From Lama glama (taxonomy: Eukaryota): DNA of 64,000 nt. The DNA lies in contig CM052839.1 in assembly GCA_028534125.1 (NCBI GenBank), forward strand, positions 43,896,001 through 43,960,000, in the 5' to 3' direction. Positions 23,138 to 36,866 of this stretch are shown one piece after another. How positions within the stretch are numbered: position 1 is the stretch's first letter; every line of letters begins with the position of its first letter. Both the position numbers and the translations under genes were made by a program. The notes under the pieces are model-generated. The model made no database searches, was not told the DNA's origin, and saw nothing but the letters and a program-made list of their open reading frames with translations.

Positions 23138-25049
23138 CTGGGAAGAGGAGGATGAGGGTGTAAGCAGCACAGCCAGCAAATCCCGTCCCCACCCAGAGCG
23201 CCTGCACCTGGGGCACTGCCAGCACCGGAAAGGGGGCGGAGCGGCACCAGTGAGACAGGTCGGAGACGCCCTCTCCGACTGCACAGGGCTCCCTGGAGTA
23301 GCTCCCGCTGCTTGGTGTGGCGGTTGTCACCAGGCTGCACTTAATGTCGCCCGGGGGGCCCGTCTCAGACAGCACATCTGCTCTCCCCACCACGGGTGAG
23401 GTCATCAAGAATCTCTGAGGAGGGGGCCTGTGTATCTCCGGGTGATTCTGACCCCAAATGGAGGACCGCTACCTTTGTCTGTTTCCGGGAATTTCGATCA
23501 AGCACCGGCCACCTGACGGGGACCGGAGCAGAGAGGCACCTCGGCAACTGGGATGTAACGCCCTGGACAAGGAGAGTTTGGCTTCTCAGCTTCGGATTTT
23601 CTCAGTCTTTGGGGAACATGTCTGCTGCCCAGGTGCAGGGGTGCGTGGTTCCTGTGTCCGGGAGGAAGGGAGTTCCTGCTTCTCCGCCGGAAACAATGAC
23701 AGGCGGGGATATGAGGGTGGGCTGAGAACCGTCCTCCAGCCTGGTGTGGGGGTGCAGCCCACCAGAATCGGGGGTGGGGGTCAGGAAGGGGCGCACACAC
23801 ACACACCCCAGGACCGCACACCAAAGGAGCCTAAACAGGGCTGCAGAAGGCGGACCCCGCAGGCTCTGCAATCCCATGGGAGCCGCCTCGGGACACGTGC
23901 TGGTGAAACCACGGCTAATGGCGTTGTTTGCTTTTGTCGGGGGGAGTCTCAGTAAGCAAACCCAAACGGAACAGGGGTCCTCCCAGTGTCACGATGAACT
24001 GGCTTCGCAGGAGCTGAGGAGGTTATAAATGACATCTTTCCCCAAAGGGCTAAATGTGCTTCCTTGGGGTCAACACCTGCTTTTCATGACCCCTCAGTGC
24101 ATCCTAAGAGCAGAGACACTGTCTTTCCCGCTTCATAAAGAGATTCGGGTCCTGAGAGACCAGGTCACCCCTTTAAATGACACAGGCGTGATGACTTAGT
24201 GTTTCATCGACCCTGGTAACTTTTATTCTCTGCTTTTTATTTTTGTGATAAAATTAAATATAGGCGGGGCACAACCACGAAGCAGGTCGCAAAGCTGCTC
24301 CCCTCAGCTGGAGCCTCGCGTCTCTTCCCTCCTGTAGACTGAGCTGGTCACCACCAACGACCCCCAGCAGCCCCCGCCCTGCCCCGACCTCCCCCGTGTC
24401 CTGCCTCCCGTCCAAGCACGGGCTCCTTGCCACATGCCCTTGAACATGACCAACATTCTGAAAAACCAACAAACGCCTCGCCACCTCCCCATCGATCTGC
24501 AGCCCCCAGCGCCTGCCCCGTCCCTCCCCCACCTGGAGAAGCTTCTTCTCCAGCACCGACCAGGCGACAGGGTCCACTTCTTCCTCAACTCCCTTCTCCC
24601 AGGAAGCTGCCCCAGCACACTCGTCTACAGGAGGCCCCCTCCCTTCAAATCCCACCCCACTTAGGACATGAAGCTAACCGGGCAAGACTAGACCCCGCCG
24701 GCAGTTGCGGGGAGCTATGTCACCCACTCTCACATCGATCGTGGGCTCCCAGAAGAAACGGCCATGTTCTCGCCGCCTTTGAAACCACCAAGGAGAGGTG
24801 GAGAGGCGCTCACGGGACATTCCACAGATGCTGCGAACTTGGCGACAGTGCCAAGGCTCTGCCACCGATTTATAGCCGTCAAAGTGGAGACAACACATGC
24901 CTGAACCTCACCGATGGGAACACACTCTGTCCACACAACTTCTCAGGAATTGATGGACTAAGGAACATCGGATCCACCTGGGGCTTGACGCCCTTACTGT
25001 CTGCCCCATGGGCGGCTGGACTGTGTCCCGGGGACCCAGCGGTGGGGCC

Positions 25050-25560
25050 CCTCTGCCTGGACTCCAGCCTCTGGGGGGCCCAGCCCCGCTCCCAGCCCTC
25101 CCGCAGCTGCGCGGACGCAGCGGCCCGGGGGGCCCCGCACCTTTATCTGCTTGACCTCGTACTGGATGCGCTTGATGGGGTTGCCGTAGATGTCGTTCCC
25201 GGAGTCCACCTCCTTCTCGCTGACCGCTTTGGCCCGAATCACTGCGAAACGAAGACAAGGAGGTGAGCGCAGCCCCCGCAGGGCCGTCCTGGCTCCGCAG
25301 AGGGCGGGGCGGCGGGGGGCGGTGGGGCGAGGGGCACGGCAGCCCCAGCCCCGTGCGTGGCGTCGGCCTCCGTCCCATGGGCGGGGAGGCCCGGGAGCGC
25401 CACCCCGAGACTCCTTGAGTCCCGGGACTCCTCACTAGAACCGCCTGTTGCCCGGGCCCAGGGGCAGAAGCAGCTCGTACCCCTCCCGACCCCGGGGGTG
25501 GCGGGACAGTCACTGCTGGGAGCAAAGCTCGCTGCCGATGTCACGCTGGAGGGCTCTGGG
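25050..25560. promoter_or_regulatory. Intragenic CpG-rich patch around TIMP2 exon 2
   Basis: Locally dense CpG and G-runs (gggcggggcggcggggggcggtggggcgagggg at ~25300-25334). Confidence 0.45.
25141..25241 (-). CDS. TIMP2: TIMP2 exon 2 (101 nt)
   Basis: gtttcgcag|(V)[33 protein letters not shown]|gtgcgg. Confidence 0.98.
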
Positions 25561-28500
25561 CCCGTCCTCACTCTCTCCAATGTGTACGGATCAGCGGCTG
25601 GGGAGCAGATTAGGAAAAGGACTGGCCTGCAATCCTGACCCCGCAGGTAAGGATGGTGAAGTCCCGCCACCGCCCTCCTCCCATACATAGCCTGTTGGCA
25701 AACAGGCTTTTTCAGGCGGAAGGCAGACAAGGCAGGTGGGGGTTACCCACCTACAAGAGGCCCTGTCACATTTAGGTTTGGAGGTCTTACATCCAAAAGG
25801 CCTGTCCTTCTAGCCTCCTAGCCTCCTAGTCTGTCCTCAATGTGTCCCTGAAAAACGTCTTGGGGATGGTTCTTTGTAATAACATATATTCCATCAGAGC
25901 CACGATGGAGGGAGGGCCAGGATGTGCTAACCCACAGGGACTCGAACGGAGAGAGCAGACATTTAAGGGCACCACTAGCAGACGTGAGGGACAGAGGCCG
26001 AGGGGAGACGCCAAACAGGAAGAAGGATGATCCCGGACCTTGACACAAGATGAAGGAGAGGGGACGAGGTCGGGCTGGGAAGGTTCTGGAATGTTCCCTG
26101 GAGCCTGAGGCTGCTCGTGGGCCATGCACCCCAGGGCTTCCTACTAGCAATTAAGCCTGGACTCTGCTCCACCCCGTACCCTGACAGCAGTTCCCGCTGT
26201 CAATTGGGCGGAGTCCTCCCTATCTTTCATTTCCAGGCTTCTCAGCTGGTGGCACAGCCTGTCTTAATGGCTTTAAAAGCTTTGTCCGCCAAGATTTGGC
26301 TGTTCGGGGTCACTCCAGATGAGTGTCTTGTGAGTGTGGGTGTGAGCAGGGCAGAGAAATAACAGACAGAGCCAGGCTTAGCAGAGCCTCCAATCCCCCT
26401 CCACCCCAAGCAGGCAGCTGGACTCTTAGAACCACCAGCCAGGGCTGCGGTCTCCCGGAGAGCAGGGACGTGGATCCCCCCCGTGCCCCCAGGAACCCCC
26501 CAGTGCTCTCCGGATCCCAGCCGGGCACCAGAGCCCCACACCACAGCCCAGCGCCCCGCCCGGGCCCAAACCCATTCTTCCTCCATCGGAGCTGAGTCAC
26601 GACGAGCCGAGGCCGCAGGTTCCTGTTTCCCAGGCTGAGCCAGGCCCCCACCTACAAAGCCACATCTAGGAAACTCCAGACGGTGGGCCTCGGCCTCGGC
26701 AGCCAGTGACCTGTTCCCTGCGTCTCCTCCCACCCCCAGCACCTTCCACAATCACGGTCCTTCCGGGTCAAATGTGGCCGCCCACTGCCCTGGTCGAAAA
26801 TAGAAGACCCTTTGCAACTGGTGCCAGCCCGCGACTACTTCAGCTGCCTCGACGTCCCCACCCCTCCCCCAGCTCTTGCTGTTTGCTCCACCAGCCCATA
26901 ATACTCCCTGAACCTGAACCTGCCCGGGGTGTCCATACCTCTAGACAGGCAAGTTTCTTCTGCCCTGAATGCCACCTCTCTCTCTCCATCTGGAGAACTT
27001 CTATTCATCCTTCAAGACCCAGCTGAAATAGCCCTTCCCCACCTTCCCTCTGGGAAGTCCTGTCCTCTTGCAGCGCTCGGTATACTCTGCATCCCCCGAT
27101 CGTGCTGCTGTGAACACCTGCACCCCCATCGGCTCTGGGCCCTGGGAGCTTCTAACAGGCAGAGGCTCCGTTCCTGCCACAGAACAGGCAGTGCTCACTG
27201 AGTATTTGCTGAGCTGAGCCTGAGATACCTGGGCGGCAGCACAGGTCCGGTCTGTCTTTGGTCCCTCTTACTACCTGTCTGATCTATGTACCTCACTGCA
27301 ACATGGCACAAAAAAGTGTTTATGCAAATCAGCCAACATCAGATTAGCCCTGTCACGTTTGCTTTTCCACAGTATCGTCCTCAGCCCATGGTACAAACGG
27401 ACCAGGGGCATCCAAAGGAGACAACAGTTCCAGGAAAGGCAAAGATGCTGGATTTTATGACGGCACACTCAGTTCTGCACGCTTTTCCGAGGCCCAGGAC
27501 TCTGCACAACGCTTATCGCAACACAGATGTTTGATAAACACACTGTGGTCATCGGAAAATAAGCAAAATCTGACCCCAAACAGCCAAGAGACTCCATTCC
27601 ATTCCATGCACTGAGGCCCACACATCTTTCTCTTACAAAAGCTTTTAAGGCTCCCAGGCAGTTTGGGTCGTTATTCAAGAGGGCAGCACAGAGGCCACAT
27701 CCTGCTGGAGCCCCTCCCGCCATGTGGTCTCAGGGAAGCTCCCTGACCTCGCTGGGACTCAGCTGCTCGCGTCTGGCACGGAGACACCCGCACCGCCAGT
27801 ACCTGCCCAGCAGCGGGTTTGGGGAGGACTGCTGGACGGGGGTGCGGGATGGGCAGTGCTGGCTGTGACGCACGTGGAGCTCAGGACGGCAGAAAGAAGC
27901 GCCACCACGGAGAAGCCTGGCGCCAGCTCTCCGACCCCCAGGGCGCAGGGTGAGGACGCCTGCACCACGCTCACTGCTCAGGTCCGGAGAGCCCACCCTG
28001 GGCAGCACGGACCCCGGGTCTGGGTCTCATGCCGTTTCCCAATGCACCTGCTTTGGGGCTACAGCCCACACACCTGCCTTTTAAAAATTGTCAGAAAAGG
28101 AGAGATTGGTTGAACCCAGGGTTGACCTATGACGTTAAGACTAGAATGTTCACCGGCATCTGGGCCGCCAGCTCTCTGCAGGGAAGCGGGTGGTGGGGCG
28201 GGGAGGGTCTCCAACTGGGCTCAGCCATGCAGGGCAGGAATTCAGACTCTTTGGGGTGGGAACCTCCTCGACACTACAAAATGAGAGAGCGTGTGAAGGA
28301 AGGAAGGCAGCAAGAGACAAGAGAAGGCCCAGCTCTACAGAAACTTTCCCCAAAGCATCAGTGCCCTCCAGCCACAAGGGAGAGAGGCTGGCATCCACCT
28401 GTCTGCACAGGTGTGAGGGATCCACACCGCGGGCCTGCTGGGGGCAGAAGGTGCCATCTGGGCTCAGCACCATGCTGCATGGGGCGGGAGACACACACAC

Positions 28501-31500
28501 ATACACATACACACAGGGCTGGCAAATGAATCTGTCACAGCTAGAGGATCCCACGGGCAAGTGGCAGCTAGCAGACCTGAGGGGAAACAGACCCACGGGT
28601 CCCATGAGGGAGGGAGGGAGAGAGCGCTGGGGCAGCATTACGGTGGACCCCAGCCAGCCCCACCATGGACACCCTCCTGCTCCCCAGTTTTCTGCTGGTG
28701 CATAAGCCAGTGGGGGCTGTCTTCCATGCCAAGCTCAGAGCTTGGGGGCAGGTTCCCTTTCAAGCACAAACCCTAAAAGCATCAGTCCCTTCCTGTTGCC
28801 CACGGGGAGAAGAGGGTGAGGTGTGGCAAGTCCTTCAGTAGCAGGCCCTGCCTTCAAGGAGCATCCATCCGGGGCAAGAAGATGGACAACGGACAGGAAG
28901 ACAGAGCAGCGCCGCTGCTCTCTGCCAGCGGCCGACAGAGGAGGCGGGAAGGGCTCAGACATGCGTTTCCTGCCCTCAGCGTGCCAGGCGTCACCTACAG
29001 CTCCGGCCTCGAGGCCACTCCAGGTGAGGGATGGGCCCTCCGAGGCCCAGATCGTTTAAAGGACAGGGCTGGTGAGAAGCAAAGAGACCCCAAGAATCTG
29101 GGAAGAACTTAAAATCAAGCCGTGGGTTCGTGTCTACTGAATGCCTACCACGGGCTGGGCATGGCGTTCGGCCCTGGGGTGAGGAAGCAGCCTGCGTCCT
29201 GCCCCCCCTCTGCCCACGAGCGGGCAGCTCTGCCCCGCCACCGCCCCTCAGGAACCAGAGGCAGCGCAGGAGGGAGCCTTCATGGAGATTCCTGTTCTGT
29301 CTGCTCTGCGCCCCAGAACGACGGCCTCTCCCTGGGCTGCTGGGATTTTGTTTTTCCTTCTCTCCCTTCTGCCGTTAACACAACATCTGGGTTTGAGATC
29401 AAGGGTGATACACTGGCTGATGAATCCACCGCCAGATGTTGGCTACTGGAATGCACAACCAACGACTTAATTCAAAGCACACGCAACCGCAGAGCCCCCG
29501 GCCCCACCCCTCGGGCCATGGACACCAGATGATGTCACTTCCCCCGCGAGGAGCCTGCAAAAACAATCCCTCGTCCACCCGGCCAGATTTGGGACGGAAA
29601 AGAATGGGCGGGTGGAAAGTCGAGGCTGCGGACGGCAGTCCGAGGAACACAGGCTGCGTTCAGACTCCGAGAGATGACGACAGCCCGTGCCAAACCCACG
29701 GAGGCCGGGCAGGGCCGCGGTGCAGGGGGAGGGGACGGGGAGGGGGCTGCAGGAGGCCTGGGGTGTCCCCAGCACACGGTGTGGCCAGGACTGCCCCAGG
29801 AGAGCAACACACTCGACCAGCCCAAGTCGAGTCAAGCCACTCTCCCACCCCCACCAACATCCGGGCCCCCCTGTATCTTCAGATTGTACTGGGGAAGCAA
29901 CGGAGATTAAGGACAAGCCAGGAGCATTGTCCATGGGGGGGCCGGACCACGAAGGACGACTGCCTCTCGGAAGGTCATGTGTTTCATGCTCACCGACTGA
30001 CCCTGATTATCTTGCCACGGGCCAGCTGCTCCTGGAGGACAGCCACGTGCTACGTGTGTGACGGCATCCCGCAGGACCTTCCCCCAGGGGACCACTCGGC
30101 CCGGCTGGGCTCCCAGCCCCAGAGCACGGGTGAGCTCATGGGCATTAGGACCCTGACTTTCACATATTCACAGCCTTGTCCCAACATGCCCAACACCCCC
30201 TAGCTCCCCAGCCCCCAGGGTCTGCCCAGGCAGAGCAAGGGAAAGCCAGGGGTCTGCCCAGAAGAGACGCGGGAAACTCCAGGATTCGGAAGAACACCTG
30301 TCTAAATACAAGTTCAAAATCCGGCCCCGAACCATCTGAGCCTCACATGTGCGCACTGACTCAGGCCGGCAACACTGGCTCAGCGGCAGCAGGGCCCACT
30401 GTCCCCTCCGAGCCCAGCCCACGCCCAGACCTGGGAGGGACGCCCAGAGACGGGGTGCTGGCAGGGACAGTGCCAACCCTGCTCACAGCCCTACGGAAGA
30501 TGCCCAGTGGTCCCTCCGGTGAGGGACACATGCTCTCAAAGCCGTTCATTGTCGGGGGCGGGTGGGGGGGCCTTTGATTGGCCAGCACATTTGCCAAAGA
30601 CCCTCCTGGCCCCCATCCAGAGTGGGGGGCGCTCTGCCGCTGTGCCTGGAAGGGGGGCACTGCGTATGGTCGGTTACAGGGGCGGCTGAGGACTCCCATT
30701 TCTTAGATGCAAATGAGGTCACTGCAGCCCACACTGCCAGTGTCCTCTGAGGGTCACTTGGCCCATGTCCTTGTCTCTGGGAAGAATCACACACCAACCA
30801 TAAGCATCTGTGTCGCCCCAGATAAAACCCAGCCCCCACTCACTCCAGGTGGGACTTCAGACGCCCACCCTCCAGGGGTGCTCTGCACTGCCGGGGTACT
30901 GGGGGAGGGCTAGAGGGCTCCTCGCCCTTGTCTAGACTCGCCAGAGAAGCGGTGCCGCTAGTGTCAACATCCACACACTCAAATCACAGTGCTGCCCAAG
31001 CCCTCACTTAACACGTGCAGTGACATCCCCGGCAGCCACCTGCGAAGAGGGTCTCCTGTCCCTTTTGGACACAGCGACATGGCAGGGCTGGTCCACCTGG
31101 CCGAGGCCCCTTAGCCTTTGAATTTGGATGAACTTGTCCCAAGTCCCAGAGGAGCGTGGACGGGGGAGCCCCCTTTCCAGCCACCACTGACCCTCAAGGT
31201 CAGAGTCAGGAAAGCGAGGGGTGCCCCACTTCCTGCAGCGACACCCCAGATGCACAGGCTGCAGTTCTGCCCTACGAAAGCTGTAACGAGATGCCTTTAT
31301 TTTTCAGAGCCCTGCCTGGGATTACGGAGGGACCCCTAGTGCTTGCCTGTAACTGAATCATCGCAGTGGGCTGTGGGGGGCAAAGTGAAGATGTGACCCT
31401 TTGTGATGCGGCTGCTTCTGCTTCTCTGAGGTGGGGCAGGGGTAGACTCATGGGCTGGAGGGGCAGGCGGCAGGTGGATGGTGATTCGGAAAGCGCGTCG

Positions 31501-34500
31501 TGCTCCCATGGACTGAGGACTGCTCTGAGTCCCCAGGTTTCAGGGCCACGCCCCTCCCTACAGAACTGCACGTGGACACGGGGTGTGGCTGAGCAGCCTG
31601 GGAGATGTCACAAGGAATGCGTGGCATCAGCTTTGGCACCCAGAAGGCCGTGGCAGCGTCCAGCCCCACCTGCCCCTCTGGTCTCACTGTCCACCCAGCC
31701 CCCACCCTCCTCGGTACCCCTGGTGGACGCGGGCGTGGGGGCTCTCCCCAGACACTCAGCTCTGCCTTCCCTGGCCTCAACGCCAGGCCCCTTTCGGTCA
31801 GGGGTGGAGCAGACCTCCTCCAAGTTTGCTGCTTTCAGGGAAATGAAGTAATTAAAAACAGCCCTGTGATGCGGCAGAGAACCAAGGGTTTCTTCCATCC
31901 TCGCAGCAGCTGAGAAAGACCAGACCCACCCTCAGGTCCCCCAAACCTCCCCACCAACCCCAGGAGCCAACAGAGGTCAGGGCAGGGCTGTGCTGTCCAG
32001 GGTGAGGGCAAGACTCGGCCAGCGTGATAGGCCGGAGTCAAAAATGCCTAGAATGACAACTGCTCAGAGCAGATGTGTTTTTTAGGGAGTTGAGGGTGGG
32101 GTGGGGGGTGGGGGCTGCAGGACAGAGAACAGGACACAGCAGTGCCCCCCAGCCCCGGGCCACGCAGCCCACAAGCACAGAACCTGGGGATCTGCCAGGC
32201 CTGCCCAGTGCTATTCCAGATTCTGGCACATACATGTGAGCGGCTGTCCACTGGCTGCCCTGTCTCCATGGAGACCAGCTCTCCCATCTCCATTTCCTGG
32301 CCATTTGCTTGGGCCCCCTGGGAGCAGGAGGAGATGTCTCTGAGCGCGCTCTGGCAGGGCGCAGAGAAGCTGCAGCATTCACTGTCCTGTTGCCAAGCCA
32401 CCCTCCCGACCCCCCAGGACCCTGCTAGGACCCCCAACTCCAGCCCTGCCACCCTCCCTCCCCTCTCCCTGTGGGCCCAGCGGGATCTCATGCCAGAGGC
32501 CTTGGTCATGGTCTCCGAAGCGCTGGGCTTGGGCCCTTCCCATTCACGTGCTGCTGAATCATTTGAAAAAAATGCACCCCGATGCTGGGAGGATTTGCTG
32601 AGAACAGTGCGGCTTTGTGCAGGGAACTGCTGCTCTGCACTCTCTCCGCCAAGACCCCGCGGAGGAGCCAAGCTCAGCCCTGCAAACCCTAGGCCTGGAG
32701 CCTGGAGTGGGGGCAGGGGCAAGGCTGGGCCGGGCAGGAAACGGGGAGTTTGGAGGGGCGCTGAGAGAACCCCCAGCCACCCCTCTGGGACCCCTCCCCA
32801 CCCAGAGGCTGCGGAAGGGACTGGATGGACAGACCTGAAGTGAGGGACAGCAGACGAGGGTCCTGTCCTCATGCTGCTGCTGGTGGACTGTGACCCCGGC
32901 AGGTCTCCCCCTCCAGGCTGCCTCATTTTGGGGAGCGAATACATGCATGCCGGGCCCGTGGCTCAGGTCCCAGGCAGCAAGGACAGTGCAGCAGCAGTGA
33001 CCGGGCATGGGACGCAGAGGCCTGTGGTCTCTGGGCTGACCCCCACCCACTGCATTGTTCAGGAGACGGGAGCTGGGATGAAGCAATCGGGATCCCAGGG
33101 CCCACACTCCCAGCTTCCAAGGCGGAGGGAACCGAAGCGAGCAGGCTGGGCGGTTCATGCCCTGGTTTCTCAGCTGCTCCTCCTTAGTGCAGCCTTGCAA
33201 ATAGGCCTCCAGGTGGCAGCCCACCTGCCCCTCAGAGTGGGCAGCGGGCAGGGTGCCGCCCACCCAGCGCCGCACCTCCAGCCGCGGCCAGGCTGCGGCA
33301 GGAGCTGTCCGAGATGGCTGCGCTTCTACACGGACCCCATCCGTCCCGTCACAGAGGGCGGCGGGTGGAGGCAAGATGCCGCCCACACCTTGCGGCCATC
33401 TTCTGCTCATTGGAAAAACCACTGCAAGTCAGAGGGTCCCCTGACCCCACACCCAACTTTAAAAACCTATTTCCCCATTATTTTATATTTCTGAGGTTCG
33501 GGATACTATCATAGGCACTGTGATCTCACACCTGGCTGGGCGGGGAAGGGACAGGTGTGAGGACCCTCAGAGCAGCATGCATGGAACGTGGGGTCACATC
33601 CAAGATCAATGGCGCCCACAGCCCTTGCTTGCCAGGGCAGGAGTGGCCGCGTTGTTGCGGGTGAACTGCTGTCCCTGTGTCTCGTGTCCAGGCACCTGTG
33701 GGTCACGGCAGGCCTGCACTGCCTGTGGACAGCGGACCTCGTGGCTTCACCAGCGCCGCCTTCCCCTGCAGACGCCTTGGGCAAATGGGACCAGTCCCCC
33801 AGCAGGTTGGCCACGGAGGCCTTCCCGAGGGCCCCAGGTCTGGAGGGGCTCAGAGGCGGGCCTGCGAGGAAGGGAGCAGAGGACACAGAGTGAAACGGGA
33901 AGAGGAAGCTGCCCCCAAACGTGGGGCAGAACAACAAAACCAGGGGAAAGTTCTAGAAGATACAGTTTCAAAGGGAAAGAGCCCGTTTCAGGGAGACGGA
34001 AGACCCTGCATGGAGCCACCACGTCCAGGTCCTCACCCCCCAGCAGGACTCAGTGGGAACCTTTCAGGTGGCGCAGCCCCAGGGCCCTCGGCACCATGAT
34101 CCAGCTGTGTCAAAGGGACCAACAGAGTGAAGACAGGGGCTGCCCACCCCTTGGATCCCACCAAGAGACGGCAGTTACCTGCCATATCTCCACTGGGAAT
34201 CATGGGAGGGCCAGCTTTTTCGGGGGGGAAGGGTGCCCTGGAGGCCTGTTTCATCACCCACACCACGGCCTGGGCAAGTGGCACCCCTCCCACCCTGCTC
34301 CAGCCTTCTGCAGGACAGGTAGGAAGGGCAGGGGTCTCCTCCTGCTGCCGGGGGACAGCGTGGGAGCGACTGTCCAGGCAGAGATGACTCACCCTCCACC
34401 ACGGCTCACTGCCCAGCCCCCACACCGCCTTTTATTTTAGCTCAAGGGTGGCCAAGAAGGGGCGATTCCTCCCCGAGAACATGTGGGCCACCAAACACGA

Positions 34501-35947
34501 CCTTTGAAAGTGGAAACAAAAATAACACACTCAAAGGCAGGCTTGCTCCATCATCTCGTGTCCTGGAAGCTGACTGCGGCTTCCAGGCCGAGTCAGGAAG
34601 ACCTCATTGCTCAACGTTTGGGTCCCATCGCGGCCACGGTTTTAAACCTGGTGATCCCACGACACCCCCTCCACCCTCTCAGACTGAGGTGACCCCACAG
34701 AGACAGACGGGAATGCCAGCTGAGCCCTGGCTGGGAGCCAGCACCTCTCCCCGCCAGGAGTCTTCATCTGGCTGGGGAGTGACAAAGCTCTCCGGGCCCC
34801 AGGACTTCCACCTTCATCTTTTTGAGCTCAGATCAAACTGCGGAGTGGCTCTGCAGCCCTGGCCCCGTGACATTCTGGAAGCAGATGAGAGAAAGAAATC
34901 GGGCCGGGATGGAACATTTTCTCTACCTAAAATGGAAAGGCCACAGACAGCGGGGACCCACGTGACGGAGACGTGAGCTGGCAGAAGGTTCCTCACTCAA
35001 GCTACCGATGTAGCCATTACCGTCTCGTACAAGTGGACACGTCTGGGGGCTGTGGGCTGGATGCTCAGAGACATGAAGCCGGGCCAGTGGCCCCACATCC
35101 CCGAGTATTCCTCCAGCACCATCTGTCGTGTCATCACTTGTCACCTGGATACTCTACTTAAGCTCTAGACTCCCACATGCATGTTGTTCACGGCTCACCT
35201 CCAGCAAGCGGGGCAGTGTGTCTGCCACTCAGTATTTGTAAAGGAAAAATAGCATATGGTCAACCCAGGGCCAAAAAAGGGGGGGATGAGAATGGGGAGA
35301 AAAGTGAGAACGGGACCCCTCCCACACCCGTGTCCCAGATGCCGTGTTCAGACCTTCCGAAGGCACTTTTGATCCAAGTGCAGGAGGGATGTAGTTCTCT
35401 TTTGGGGAACAGGCCCAAAACAGAAGCAGCTAAGGAAACAGGGCTTGAGACAGTCGCGTGATGATGTGTCACCTTGGGAAAAATGACACCTGCGTGTGAC
35501 ACGGATATATTAACTATGTTGGATCCAGAAGAGCTCCCAAAAGACCACATGTTATATGGTACCTTTTTTTATAGGGTTCAAGCACAAGTCAAACTGAACA
35601 ATATAGTGTGTGCGTGTGTGTGTGCGTGCATGCGTGTGTGTAGCAAAGTGCAGGGACAACCCCTCGTTCAGCAGGTCTGCAATCCCGCTGAGGAGGAACA
35701 GGGCACAGGAAAGGAAGTAGCACACAGAGAGAAGCTGGTTTTCAGCAAACAGCCCAGATCTTGGGTTTGGGTGATGGGCTCTCAGTTGTTCATTATATTG
35801 TCTACAAAATACACGTGCCATCACAAAAGGCTATTCATGGGCCGACGATGCCAGTGCATCATGACTGAGGAGGGTCAGTCTCGGTGCATCTGAGGTCCTG
35901 GAAAGGAGGGAGCGGGGGAGGCACCAGCTCTGCTCAATATGTGAAGT

Positions 35948-36165
35948 CAGGGGTCAGCCAACCCTGGCCCCAGGGCCAAAGCCTGCCTACCACCGATTTT
36001 TGTAAATAAGATGTCTTCTTGGAACTCAGTCACACCCATTCATCTACGTGCTGCCTGTGGCTGCTCTCCAGCTGCAACCGGAGGCGGGAGCTGTTGCCAC
36101 AGAGACCATCTGGCCAGCAAAGCCTACGGTGTTTACTATCGGCTCTTTGCAGACTAATTTGTCCA
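35948..36165 (+). mobile_element. MER58A-like hAT DNA transposon remnant
   Basis: caggggtcagccaac...ttttgtaaataa...ttggaactcagtcacacccattcat...cagagaccatctggcc...gtttactatcggctctttgcag. Confidence 0.75.
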
Positions 36166-36593
36166 TCCCATTCCATCCCATCCCAATCCCTGAGTATGCA
36201 ACTGACAGATAACACCCCACCCAGCACAGGGTCTCCTGGCGGCCGAGGCTGCTGGGTCAGAGGTAACGCTGGGGGGTGGGGAGGGGCCGGAAAAGGACTA
36301 GACACCCCAGTCCCCCCACCACTACCAGCCCCAGAAGGAGACTGTAGGGCTGGATCACCGGGAACACTTCCCGTTTCTTGTTCCTCCCAGCCTCCACTTC
36401 CTTTCTTTCTCCCTCCCTCCCACTTTCTAATATTAAAATTACACGAATGTTGCCAAGTGATGTTCTATTAGATGAGGTTGGCTTGAAAGACTAAGAGATT
36501 TTAGTTAAATCTCTCTGCTAACGTCTCAGCAATGAATGATGTGTCTTTTGAAAGTGTGCCTGTCTGACCTTGGATGCCCCCGAAAGTCCAGCG

Positions 36594-36599
36594 TTTATT
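36594..36599 (-). terminator. CEP295NL: Probable CEP295NL poly(A) signal AATAAA
   Basis: First AATAAA seen on the minus strand downstream of the CEP295NL ORF. Confidence 0.55.
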
Positions 36600-36866
36600 T
36601 GGCTGAAACATCTGAAGCCCTTCACTTTACCTGGAGTTTCCATCTGTGCCCGCGGCACATGAAAACAGCCTCCGCTCTGGGCCACGCCTCGGCTGCGCTG
36701 GCCAGACCCGGGCACCGCGCCCCACACGGTTCCTGTTTTTGTGCTAAGGAGCCGTCCTGAACAGGACTTAGTTTTTAAAAGGCAGGACTGGGACTCGGCA
36801 CAATCCCTGCAGGGGAACTCGCTCCAAAGGACGGGAGGACGACTGATGGCCCGTTTTTTAAAGAGG

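Noticed and set aside
29436-34440. 200-300-aa ORFs in TIMP2 intron 1
   Set aside because: No domain signal, many non-ATG starts, overlapping on both strands; typical of a GC-rich isochore.
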